Source: Candidatus Natronoplasma sp. (GTDB taxonomy: Archaea; Thermoplasmatota; Thermoplasmata; Halarchaeoplasmatales; Halarchaeoplasmataceae). From it: a stretch of 56,349 nucleotides of DNA. The notes under the pieces are model-generated. The model did no database searches. It saw only the letters and a program-made list of their open reading frames with translations, and had not been told where the DNA came from. This document shows, in pieces, positions 35,124 through 44,483 of this stretch. Where the stretch lies: the NCBI GenBank assembly GCA_048620775.1, contig JBMCEH010000001.1:1-56349 (forward strand). Reading direction: 5' to 3'. Each line of letters starts with the position of its first letter. The stretch's first letter is position 1. The position numbers were made by a program, and so were the translations under genes.

Positions 35124-35993
35124 TTAAGCCTTCTCTCTCAATATATCTCCGATCTCGGTAGGCATCTTCGCAACAGAAACACCTGCATCTTCAAGCGCAT
35201 CTATCTTTGATTCCGCAGTTCCAGTTCCACCCTCAGAGACTATCGCACCTGCGTGTCCCATCCTCTTGCCTTCCGGTGCGGTTCTTCCCGCAATGTAAGC
35301 GACTACAGGCTTAGCGTATCCTTTTTTTATGTATTTGGCGGCATTTTCCTCAGCACTACCTCCGATCTCACCTATCATGATGACGGCATCAGTCTCAGGA
35401 TCTTCTTCATAAAGTTCGAGTGCATCTATAAAATCTAAGCCGACTATAGGATCGCCTCCCAAACCGAAGGCTGTAGATTGACCATATCCCTTTTCCGTGA
35501 TAGTGTTAACGATCTCATAGGTCAAAGTACCGCTCCTTGAAACCAGCCCTATGTTACCTTCTTCAAATATATGATTAGGCATTATGCCCACTTTGCTCTT
35601 TCCGGGTGAGATTATTCCCGGCGTATTAGGACCTATCACAGTGGTGTCATTCATCTCCGCAAGACGCATTATCTTCGCTGAATCTTGGACTGGTATATTT
35701 TCAGTTATTATCACAACGGGATCCATCCCGGCCTCAACCGCTTCGAAAGCCGCATCTTTAGCAAAGGGCGCCGGTACAAATATGATCGATGCATTTCCGC
35801 CTACTTCTTCTTTAGCGCTTTCAACAGTATTGAAAACTGGAATTCCTTTTACCTCTTTTCCGCCCTTTCCAGGAGTCACGCCAGCGACTATGTTCGTTCC
35901 GTATTCTTTCATATATTCAGTGTGAAAGATCCCCTGCTGACCGGTGATACCCTGAACGATCACTTCCGTATCTTCATCTACTAATATTCCCAT
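35124..35993 (-). CDS. sucD: succinyl-CoA synthetase (ADP-forming), alpha subunit
   Basis: VQGITGQQG, GVTPGKGG, SRSGTLTYE and phospho-His loop MGHAGAIV. Confidence 0.85.
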   Translation of the reverse strand: MGILVDEDTEVIVQGITGQQGIFHTEYMKEYGTNIVAGVTPGKGGKEVKGIPVFNTVESAKEEVGGNASIIFVPAPFAKDAAFEAVEAGMDPVVIITENIPVQDSAKIMRLAEMNDTTVIGPNTPGIISPGKSKVGIMPNHIFEEGNIGLVSRSGTLTYEIVNTITEKGYGQSTAFGLGGDPIVGLDFIDALELYEEDPETDAVIMIGEIGGSAEENAAKYIKKGYAKPVVAYIAGRTAPEGKRMGHAGAIVSEGGTGTAESKIDALEDAGVSVAKMPTEIGDILREKA

Positions 35994-36135
35994 ATTTTCG
36001 GTGATTAAGTAGATATTATTAAATGCTTTGTTTCGCTGAGAAAGTTCAAAGCGAACTAAATCTTTCTAGATCGGACCTGATTATCAAAATTGTTTTAAAC
36101 TCATCTAACGTAACAAAAACTACACTGATCAAAAA

Positions 36136-36696
36136 ATGTTCGACAAAATAGCTACAGTATATGACCACATTTCATGGTTATTCCTACCAAATGTGAAAAG
36201 AGATATTTTAGACCATATTCAACTGAAAGAAAACGATAAAGTTTTAGACGTGGGAGGAGGGACCGGGAAACTTATAGACACAGTCTTGAGAGAAAACCCT
36301 AACGTGAAAGGATATGTACTAGACAGATCAAGAAGCATGCTGAGAAAAGCTCCTTCAAAAGAGGAGGTAATCTTGGGAGATTCAGCCATGCTACCTTTCT
36401 GCTCTAACTGCTTCGATTTCGTTTTCTGTGTCGACGCTCTGCATCATTTTGAAGATAAAAATAAAAGCTTGGCCGAGATGATCAGGGTTTCAAAAATGGA
36501 TGGTGAAATAATAATATTAGAACTAGATCCAAACAACTACATGACAAAATTTGTAGAATTTGGAGAAAGGATTTTAGGAGAACCTTCAAAGTTTTATGAG
36601 GATAAATGTCTCAAAAGAGTATTTCTTAAGAAGGGTTTTAGAGTGAGAATCGAAAAAATTAATTTTTTCCAGTACCTACTTCAGGCTAAAAGGTGA
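36136..36696 (+). CDS. class I SAM-dependent methyltransferase
   Basis: VLDVGGGTGKL motif I, with FDFVFCVDALHHF downstream. Confidence 0.75.
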   Translation: MFDKIATVYDHISWLFLPNVKRDILDHIQLKENDKVLDVGGGTGKLIDTVLRENPNVKGYVLDRSRSMLRKAPSKEEVILGDSAMLPFCSNCFDFVFCVDALHHFEDKNKSLAEMIRVSKMDGEIIILELDPNNYMTKFVEFGERILGEPSKFYEDKCLKRVFLKKGFRVRIEKINFFQYLLQAKR

Positions 36697-36702
36697 AGTA
36701 TT

Positions 36703-37032
36703 ATGTACAAGGGGCTAGCGATCATATTCGGTTTTTATTTTTTAGGGGAAGTGACGATGGAATTAATTAATCTTCCAATCCCGGGCAGCGTGCTAGGGAT
36801 GATCTTATTGGCATTGGCACTAGCAGGAGATATGATTGACTTAAAAGATGTCGAAAGAGAAGCAGAATTCTTCGTAGATAACATGAGTATTATGTTCATA
36901 CCACCTGGAGTCGGAGTGATGCTTTACTTCGGGTTGTTGAGAGATGAATTTATCCCAGTCATCGGAGCACTTGTATTGAGCTTCGTGATCACGATCGTAG
37001 TCACAGGTAAGATCGTAGAGGTGTTGAGATGA
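36703..37032 (+). CDS. lrgA: CidA/LrgA-family holin-like membrane protein
   Basis: 109 aa with four hydrophobic segments and LPIPGSVLGMILL...MFIPPGVGVM. Confidence 0.8.
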   Translation: MYKGLAIIFGFYFLGEVTMELINLPIPGSVLGMILLALALAGDMIDLKDVEREAEFFVDNMSIMFIPPGVGVMLYFGLLRDEFIPVIGALVLSFVITIVVTGKIVEVLR

Positions 37033-37709
37033 ACGGTTTAGGGATATTTTTGACAATTTCCATTTATTTTATCTTCGATAAACTATATCAGATCAAAAAG
37101 AAATTCTATCTAAATCCAGTGATGCTTTCTATTTCATCTATAATTATCCTACTTTTTTTCGCTGATATAGAATATCAGGTGTATATGGAAAGTGCAAGGA
37201 TACTGACTTTTCTGCTAGGTCCGGCGGTAGTAAGTTTAGCTATACCGCTCTACAAAAAAAGAGAGATCGTTATAGATTATTCAACACAGATCTCAAGTGG
37301 AGTCGTAATGGGCGGACTGATAGCTATATTGAGTGCCTTTTTCATAGCTCATCTACTCGGTGGAAGCGGAGACCTCCTTTTGAGCATATCTCCTAAAAGC
37401 GTTACTACCCCGATAGCTATCGGCGTTAGTGAGCAGATAGATGGAATCCCATCTTTAACCGCAATACTAGTGATAATAACGGGTATAATGGGGAACTCGA
37501 TCGGTGTTCCTATATTAGATTTCTTTAAAGTTAAAGATCAGGTAGCGAGAGGATTAGCCATGGGAGTCACTTCTCACGGATTAGGGACTGCAAAGATAAT
37601 CCAAGAAGATAAATTGAGCGGTGCAGTGAGCGGGCTAGGCATGGCTCTTAATGGCGTCTTCACCTCTTTCATCCTTTATCACCTGATACAGATCCTGATG
37701 AGCATATGA
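37029..37709 (+). CDS. lrgB: LrgB/CidB-family membrane protein
   Basis: 226-aa polytopic protein, ATGA-coupled to lrgA, with KSVTTPIAIGVSE and GVTSHGLGTA motifs. Confidence 0.8.
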   Translation: MNGLGIFLTISIYFIFDKLYQIKKKFYLNPVMLSISSIIILLFFADIEYQVYMESARILTFLLGPAVVSLAIPLYKKREIVIDYSTQISSGVVMGGLIAILSAFFIAHLLGGSGDLLLSISPKSVTTPIAIGVSEQIDGIPSLTAILVIITGIMGNSIGVPILDFFKVKDQVARGLAMGVTSHGLGTAKIIQEDKLSGAVSGLGMALNGVFTSFILYHLIQILMSI

Positions 37710-37810
37710 TCTCTAGGTTTTATACAGTGTTAAAGCAGAAAACTCCATGGCTCTGCCGTGGGGGTGAATGCTACTTTCACTGACCTCTCCCCCTAGTAGA
37801 TGTCTAAATA

Positions 37811-38110
37811 GTGTGTAAACGTTGGATATACAAGGAGATGGAAGCCGAGAAAACTGTCAAATCAGCTGTTGTTGAGCTTACAAACATCAAGCGAAAACAG
37901 CTTGAACGGATGTGGTCTAACTACCAGCGGTGGTTGCATACTAAGGAAGGAGCGAACGGAGTGTACAGTGCACACAAACAACAGGCCGACAGGAATCTTG
38001 ATCTAGATGACCTGAAGGACGGGAAAGCATATCCGATATTTCTCCGTGAAGACCTAAACCGTCGTAGGATGCACCTTGAAAGTCCCTATCTCAACGTAAA
38101 GCATTTATAA
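37811..38110 (+). pseudogene. possible N-terminal remnant of an IS200/IS605-family TnpB/OrfB-like gene (tentative)
   Basis: About a 90-aa basic ORF (MEAEKTVKSAVVELTNIKRKQLERMWSNYQRWL...) whose opening resembles TnpB/OrfB N-termini. It stops far short of a full-length gene. My hand count gives 133 G+C in 290 nt (about 46%), visibly higher than flanking DNA. Confidence 0.3.
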
Positions 38111-38153
38111 TCCTCTTTGGCTCTAAGGCAAAACAGGAAAGAGGTGCTCTTGA

Positions 38154-40088
38154 TTGGCAAAAGATTCCAAAGAACGCTGTCCAATCTGTGATTCTGGTCT
38201 TCTCGAAGAGGTTGAGGAATGTCCTAATTGTGGAGCTGTATTGAAACTGTTCGATATCGATGTGGACGTAGAAAACGGCATCTCAAAAGAGGCATTCGAA
38301 AAAGTCAAGAATTTGATCCTAGAAGAAGGGGAGGATGAAGAACTACTTGAAAAAATCGGAGAGATGGAGTTCTCTGCTATAGTGAATGAAGATGATGAAA
38401 CAATTTCGACCGAGGAAACAGAAGATTTTGAAGAAATCGTGACTTTCGCCTGTCCCATCTGCGACAGTGAAGTAGGTGAAAATGACTCTCAATGTCCTAA
38501 CTGTGGAGCTATATTTGAAGTAGAAAGTGATGAAGAAGAGGAGCCCCTAGTGGATTTTCAAGATGAGATAGACCTTTATCAAAAGAAAATAAAGCAATTC
38601 GAACGTTCGGGATTGGGGATTAAATACCTGAAAAAAGAAGTGAGCAAATTAGAGGAGGCTCAGAACAAAGGCGATGAAAAGAGGGGTGAAATACTTTTGG
38701 AGGAAATACAAGATAAAATAGAGCACGTAGAAAACATCATGAGGATCACAACTAAATGTGAAAATTTTTTAAGTGTTCTCTCTGAAAAATTAGATGTTTC
38801 AGATTTGGAAAAAAAGGTGGATAAAATATATGAGGGCTGTGACATCGGTGAATATCAGGTAGCCTCCAAAAGGGGCGATAAGATACAAAAGGAAATAGTA
38901 GAGAAGCTAAATGGGCTAGAAGAGAAAAAATGGTTGAGAGACCTGATCGAAGAAAAGAGCGAAGAGGCAAGGGAATTGATATCTGAGATAAAATCCGACG
39001 TTGATATAGACCGAGTTGAAGAGAAAATCGGTGAGGCTCTATCAGCCAAAAACGATGGAGACCTAGAAGACGGATTACATAACGTCACGGAGGCATTAAA
39101 CTCCGCTTCGAACATCTTAGAGATATCGGAGAATATTGAAGAAGCAAACAAATATTTGGAAGATATAAAACAAAAAGGGATAGATGCTTCAGAATATGAA
39201 GAAGAAATAGATAACACTATAAGAGATATAGAAACGGGTGAAGAATTAGCTGCCTTTGAAATCATTGAAAGAACGATAGAAGATATGCAGAACAGTTTGG
39301 AAAAATACGAGGAGGAAAGAGAAAAACAAGAACTTGAAGAACTCAGTGAAAAAATAGAAGAAGAGATATCTCAGATGGAGGCCCTTTTGGAACAAGCTAA
39401 AAAGTTCGATATTGGGGTGATCGAAGGAGAAGAAAAGATAGACGAAGCTTTAACTCACGCTGAAGAGGATGAATATGAGGAAGGTCTTACTAAATTAGAA
39501 GAAGTTGATGAAACGTATCGAGGAAAAGTGGAAGATGAGATAGACCGAAAGATCGATTCGATGAAGGAAGGTATGAACGAAAACGTATCCGAAGAAGCGT
39601 CACCTTTTGAAAAGATCGAAGAACTAAAAGATAAAGGTGATTATGAAAAAATTTTAGAGCTTCTTGAAGATATGGAGAAAGAGATGGAGAGCCAAAAAGA
39701 AATCAAAGATGGCCTGACCGAATTTGTTTCGGAGATCGAAAGGATCATTGGTTACAGTGAAAATCTAGATTTTGATATGAAAGATGTTAGGGACCTCCTA
39801 GAAGATACGGAGGAACAAATCGAAAAGGGAGACTGGTCTGAGGCCGAAGATCATCTGAAAAGTTGTCGGAAAAAAATAAGGAAAAAACTATTACATTACC
39901 TGAAAGGGGAATACAAAAGTGCTAAGAAAAAACTTAAAGGGATCGATAGAGAAGATATCGACGTTAAAAAACCGGTTGAACTTATAAAAAAGGCGAATCG
40001 AGCTAGAAAAGAAAATAGACTAAAGGAAAGCTTCGAGACTTTGAACGATTACAAAGAAGAGATGGACAAAATCGATGAAAAAATATGA
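38154..40088 (+). CDS. double zinc-ribbon protein with a ~520-aa acidic coiled-coil region
   Basis: TTG start at 38154, 7 nt after GAGGTG. Two copies of CPICDS-x(9-10)-CPNCGA(V/I) are followed by E/K/D-rich heptad-like sequence to the end. Confidence 0.6.
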   Translation: MAKDSKERCPICDSGLLEEVEECPNCGAVLKLFDIDVDVENGISKEAFEKVKNLILEEGEDEELLEKIGEMEFSAIVNEDDETISTEETEDFEEIVTFACPICDSEVGENDSQCPNCGAIFEVESDEEEEPLVDFQDEIDLYQKKIKQFERSGLGIKYLKKEVSKLEEAQNKGDEKRGEILLEEIQDKIEHVENIMRITTKCENFLSVLSEKLDVSDLEKKVDKIYEGCDIGEYQVASKRGDKIQKEIVEKLNGLEEKKWLRDLIEEKSEEARELISEIKSDVDIDRVEEKIGEALSAKNDGDLEDGLHNVTEALNSASNILEISENIEEANKYLEDIKQKGIDASEYEEEIDNTIRDIETGEELAAFEIIERTIEDMQNSLEKYEEEREKQELEELSEKIEEEISQMEALLEQAKKFDIGVIEGEEKIDEALTHAEEDEYEEGLTKLEEVDETYRGKVEDEIDRKIDSMKEGMNENVSEEASPFEKIEELKDKGDYEKILELLEDMEKEMESQKEIKDGLTEFVSEIERIIGYSENLDFDMKDVRDLLEDTEEQIEKGDWSEAEDHLKSCRKKIRKKLLHYLKGEYKSAKKKLKGIDREDIDVKKPVELIKKANRARKENRLKESFETLNDYKEEMDKIDEKI

Positions 40089-40720
40089 CTTCTAAGTTAG
40101 AGCTTGTAGTTTTTGATATGGACGGAGTTCTTGTAGATGTTTGTAGTTCATGGGCTTGGATCCATGACTACTTTGGAGTAAATAACGAGGATTCTTTAGA
40201 GGCGTATCTTAACGGTGAGATAGACGATTTGGAATTTATCAGGAGAGATATCGATCTTTGGAAAAGCGTCGATACATACATTTGCAGAGACGATGTAATC
40301 GATATACTGCAAGACGTGCCCCTGATGAAGGGTTTTGGGGAATGTATCCCTGCCATCAGCGAGGATTACACAACCGCGATCATAAGTGGAGGACTAAAAC
40401 CTTTAGCGAAACATATCGGGAGCGATTATTTCGATAGAATCATGGCTAACGATGTAGAAGAAGTCGATGGGATATTGACAGGAGAAGGCATTTTAGAGGT
40501 TGAACTGAAGGACAAAGGTAAGGCTTATGATAGACTATTATTAGAGATGGGCGTTGAAAAGAGAAGTACCGCAGCCATAGGAAATAGTCATATTGATGCC
40601 CCTATGTTGAAAAAAGCGGGAAAGGGGATAGCGTTCAACCCAACTGATGAAGAGATCAAAGAAGCGGCAGACAAGATCATCGATAAAAAGGATTTGACTT
40701 TGTTGCTGGATGAACTATAG
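40085..40720 (+). CDS. HAD-superfamily (subfamily IB, SerB-like) phosphatase
   Basis: Motif I VVFDMDGVLV, motif II IISGG, and a late K...GNSHIDAPML motif. ATGA overlap with the upstream gene. Confidence 0.7.
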   Translation: MTSKLELVVFDMDGVLVDVCSSWAWIHDYFGVNNEDSLEAYLNGEIDDLEFIRRDIDLWKSVDTYICRDDVIDILQDVPLMKGFGECIPAISEDYTTAIISGGLKPLAKHIGSDYFDRIMANDVEEVDGILTGEGILEVELKDKGKAYDRLLLEMGVEKRSTAAIGNSHIDAPMLKKAGKGIAFNPTDEEIKEAADKIIDKKDLTLLLDEL

Positions 40721-40808
40721 AAAAAAGCTTACGATTTCGCTCCTCCAAATTGACCGACCTCGATTTACAAAAATATTTTATGCTTTGATGAGTATTAAAC
40801 ATAACATA

Positions 40809-41726
40809 ATGGAACTAGATGAATTAGAGGGCGAAGATTTAGAAGATATAGCCCAGAATATCCAAAAAATGGAGATAAGAGGAGCAGCTAAAATCGCTAG
40901 AGCGGGAGCCTTAGCTCTCAAAATGGTCGTTGAGGATTACCAAGGAGATAGCATTGAAGAACTTGAGTCCGAGCTCGAGAAAGGTGTTAAAAGACTCCGC
41001 TCTACTAGGCCTACAGCAGTCTCACTGGAAAACGCGATAAATAAGGTTATGATAGAGGAGTATGAAGGTTTGGATGAATTGAAGAAGAGAATATCTAACA
41101 GAGCATCAAATTTCATCAAGAAATCACTTGAAGCAAAGGACAATATCTCTGAATATGGAGGTAAGAGAATAGCCGAGGGGGATGTTATTCTCACCCACTG
41201 TAACAGCTCTATGGCCTTAGGAGCGATAAAATATGCATGGGATCAGGGGAAAAACATAGAGGCGATAGCCACAGAGTCCCGACCGAAAAAACAGGGATAC
41301 ATCACCGTCAAAGAACTCTCTGAATACGGCCTACCTGTTACTCTTATAGTCGATTCGGCTGTGAGACACAAGATGAAAGATGTCGATAAAGTGTACGTAG
41401 GCGCGGATACTATAGCTTCTAATGGAGCTGTGATAAACAAGATCGGGACTTCTCAGGTCGCTCTGTGCGCTCATGAAAGTAGAGTTCCACTAACAGTTTG
41501 TGCTGAAACCTACAAATTTTCAAGTAAAACCGCGGTTGGAGATCTTGTAAAAATAGAAGAGCGTGATCCCTCAGAAATAGTAGAGCCTTCTGATTTTCCA
41601 AACGTCAAGATCAGTAATCCTGTTTTTGACGCTACACCCTCTAAATATATCGATTCGATCATAACTGAGGAGGGAGTGATTTCGCCTGAAGGAGCTTATA
41701 GAGTGATAGAGGAGATGGAAAAATGA
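40809..41726 (+). CDS. ribose-1,5-bisphosphate isomerase (e2b2 / eIF-2B alpha-beta-delta-like family)
   Basis: IRGAAKIARAGALAL, ILTHCNSS, VGADTIASNGAVINKIGT and ESRPKKQG. The start is placed at MELDELEG (40809). Confidence 0.8.
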   Translation: MELDELEGEDLEDIAQNIQKMEIRGAAKIARAGALALKMVVEDYQGDSIEELESELEKGVKRLRSTRPTAVSLENAINKVMIEEYEGLDELKKRISNRASNFIKKSLEAKDNISEYGGKRIAEGDVILTHCNSSMALGAIKYAWDQGKNIEAIATESRPKKQGYITVKELSEYGLPVTLIVDSAVRHKMKDVDKVYVGADTIASNGAVINKIGTSQVALCAHESRVPLTVCAETYKFSSKTAVGDLVKIEERDPSEIVEPSDFPNVKISNPVFDATPSKYIDSIITEEGVISPEGAYRVIEEMEK

Positions 41727-42952
41727 GTATAGATTATCTTGCTTTAGGTGAAGAATTAGATGAAGAGGAATATATAATATGCGAATACACTGTAAAGAGT
41801 GATCTAGATATAAAAACAGCGGGAAAAAGGATAGCAGAAGAAGAATCTACCGGTACGTGGACACATCCCACGACACTGTCGGAAGAAATATTCAAAAATT
41901 ACGGAGCCAAGGTGATCGAAGCCTCTGGTAATAAAGCAAAGATAGGATATCCCGTTATAGATTTCTCCGGAGATATCGGTGAAATACCTCAGATATTGAG
42001 CATAATCGCAGGTAATTTATTCGGTTTAGATTCTTTAGACGGTGTAAGATTAGTCGATCTAGAAATACCCTCTGAGATAATAGATGAATATCCTGGACCA
42101 CAGTTCGGTATAAAGGGTCTAAGAGAGATATTAGATAGGCCTGAGAGACCTCTCGTCGGGACCATCGTAAAACCGAAGATAGGACTACCCCCTGAAGAAT
42201 TCGCCGACTATGTTTATCAGGCCGGAAAGGGAGGCCTCACCAATTCTAAGGATGACGAGACCTTAGTGGATCAAGATTTTTGTCCGCTTGAAGAGAGAGT
42301 GAGTAAAGTCAGCGAAAAATTAGACCTGCTCGAAGAAGAAGGACACAAAATGATCCATGCCCACAACATAAGTACTTCCGTCCATCGTATTTTGGAAGCA
42401 GCAGACCTCGCCTTAGAGAACGGCGCGAGGCAATTGATGATCGATGTGCTGACAGTCGGATTTTCCGGTCTGCAAGCACTTGCTGAAGACCCATCGGTAG
42501 ATGTGCCCATACACGTTCACAGGGCGATGCATGGAGCTATCACTAAGAATCCTGATCATGGGATATCTATGCCTGTAATAGCCAAGATAGTGAGGATGAC
42601 AGGTGGGGATGCCCTTCACATAGGAACCTATGGGGCAGGAAAAATGCATGCTGATGTGGATGAAGAACTCAAATCTAAAAAGACTCTATTAGGAGACATG
42701 CACGACACTCCAAAAATGATGCCAGTATCGAGCGGAGGACTTCATCCGGGTCTAGTTCCAGAATTGATCAAGATGAGCGGTATGGATGTTCAGATACAAG
42801 CAGGTGGCGGGGTATCAGGACATCCTGATGGAGTCAGGTGCGGAGCTAAAGCACTAAAACAAGCCGTAGATGCTGTTTTCGAAGGTGTAGATTTGAAAAA
42901 TTATGCAGAGGAGCATGAGGAATTAAAAAGGGCGTTGGAGAAATGGATGTGA
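41723..42952 (+). CDS. rbcL: RuBisCO large subunit, form III
   Basis: Catalytic motifs are intact: GTIVKPKIGL, SKDDETL, IHVHRAMHGA, SSGGLHPG and QAGGGVSGHPDG. 409 aa. ATGA overlap with e2b2. Confidence 0.9.
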   Translation: MSIDYLALGEELDEEEYIICEYTVKSDLDIKTAGKRIAEEESTGTWTHPTTLSEEIFKNYGAKVIEASGNKAKIGYPVIDFSGDIGEIPQILSIIAGNLFGLDSLDGVRLVDLEIPSEIIDEYPGPQFGIKGLREILDRPERPLVGTIVKPKIGLPPEEFADYVYQAGKGGLTNSKDDETLVDQDFCPLEERVSKVSEKLDLLEEEGHKMIHAHNISTSVHRILEAADLALENGARQLMIDVLTVGFSGLQALAEDPSVDVPIHVHRAMHGAITKNPDHGISMPVIAKIVRMTGGDALHIGTYGAGKMHADVDEELKSKKTLLGDMHDTPKMMPVSSGGLHPGLVPELIKMSGMDVQIQAGGGVSGHPDGVRCGAKALKQAVDAVFEGVDLKNYAEEHEELKRALEKWM

Positions 42953-42958
42953 CTTTTT

Positions 42959-44473
42959 ATGAAACTCAATGCAAAAAGGATCGATATAGAAGCACGTGAC
43001 CAGATGGTTATCTTGAATAGTAATGATGCGGATGAGATCGGTCTTAGAAGCCAAGACAGAGTGAGTGTCAACCATACTGAAAACACCTGTTCCGCCGTAG
43101 TCGAGACTTCAAAGAGCTTGGTAAAAAAAGGAGATATAGGTCTTGTAGAGAAGGTTATGGAAAGTCTCAATATAGATGAGGGTGCAGAGATCACAGTTAA
43201 ACCCACAGGAAGACCGGAATCCGTGGAGCACATAAAAGAAAAGTTAGAGGGAAAGGAACTTTCAGAACACGGAATAAGAGAGGTAATCCAAGACATTGTT
43301 AACCAACGTCTTTCCGATATAGAACTCTCAGCTTATGTTTCAGGCATATATTCCCAGGGTATGAATAACCGGGAGATAAAACATCTTATCAACGCCATGA
43401 TAGAGACGGGAGAAACCATCGAATACGATAGACATCCAGTATTCGATCATCACAGCATAGGGGGAGTCCCCGGCAACAAGATAACCCTGCTGATCGTCCC
43501 GATCGTGGCTTCCGCGGGGCTGATGATACCTAAAACAAGTTCTCGAGCGATCTCTAGTGCTGGAGGAACCGCCGATATATTCGAGACCCTCGCCGATGTA
43601 GAGCTCAGCATGGGAAAGCTCAAAGAGATCGCAGAAGACGTCGGAGGAACTATCGCCTGGGGAGGAGCGATGAATCTAGCACCCAGCGACGACATGATAA
43701 TAAGGGCTGAGTACCCATTGAGGATTGACCCATATCCCCAAGTCTTGGCTTCGGTACTCTCGAAGAAAAAATCAGCTGGTGCGGAATATCTCGTTATGGA
43801 TATACCTGTTGGAGCTAACACGAAAGTAGAAACCATCGAACTCGGTCGAAAGTACGCTCGAGACTTCATTTCTCTAGGAGAAGAAATAGGTATCGAGACC
43901 TCCTGCGCTCTAAGTTACGGAGGACAGCCGATAGGAAATACTATCGGTCCTGCTATCGAGGCTAAAGAAGCGTTGATGGCTCTAGAAGGCAAGGAAGTGC
44001 CCTCGAGTCTTATAGAAAAATCTACCACCTTAGCAGGGATGGTGCTTGAACAGGGAGGCATAAGAAACGGAAAAAAGGAAGCAAAAAAACTCTTAGAAAA
44101 TGGCAAAGCTCTTGATAAGATGAAACAGATAATAGACAGACAGAATGGTGATCCAGAGGTGACTTCAGAAGATATCGAGATAGGTAAATATTCAAAGGAT
44201 ATCTATTCGGATGAAGAGGGATATGTAGATAGTATAAACAACGATGAAATAATCAAGATCGTTAGAGCCGCCGGTGGGCCTAACAGCAAAAAGGCAGGCA
44301 TACTGTTAAAAAAGAAAAAGGGTGATAAAGTCGAAAAGGACGAGGTAAAATACACGATATACTCAGAATACGAATCGAAATTGAAGGAATCTGTAGACAT
44401 CGCTAACCATCTAAAGCCGCTAAAAGTCGAAGGGATGATCCTTGAAACACATCCAGACATAAAAAAGATATGA
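42959..44473 (+). CDS. deoA: AMP phosphorylase (thymidine phosphorylase family)
   Basis: An N-terminal extra domain precedes the glycosyltransferase core. HHSIGGVPGNKITLLIVPIVASAG and SSRAISSAGGTAD are present. 504 aa. Confidence 0.85.
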   Translation: MKLNAKRIDIEARDQMVILNSNDADEIGLRSQDRVSVNHTENTCSAVVETSKSLVKKGDIGLVEKVMESLNIDEGAEITVKPTGRPESVEHIKEKLEGKELSEHGIREVIQDIVNQRLSDIELSAYVSGIYSQGMNNREIKHLINAMIETGETIEYDRHPVFDHHSIGGVPGNKITLLIVPIVASAGLMIPKTSSRAISSAGGTADIFETLADVELSMGKLKEIAEDVGGTIAWGGAMNLAPSDDMIIRAEYPLRIDPYPQVLASVLSKKKSAGAEYLVMDIPVGANTKVETIELGRKYARDFISLGEEIGIETSCALSYGGQPIGNTIGPAIEAKEALMALEGKEVPSSLIEKSTTLAGMVLEQGGIRNGKKEAKKLLENGKALDKMKQIIDRQNGDPEVTSEDIEIGKYSKDIYSDEEGYVDSINNDEIIKIVRAAGGPNSKKAGILLKKKKGDKVEKDEVKYTIYSEYESKLKESVDIANHLKPLKVEGMILETHPDIKKI

Positions 44474-44483
44474 ATATCTTGAC

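Noticed and set aside
38123-38458. 111-aa Ser-rich minus-strand ORF, and similar antisense ORFs at 38660-39265
   Set aside because: These are low-complexity mirror images of the purine-rich E/K-coding plus strand. The plus-strand frame carries clear zinc-ribbon motifs.
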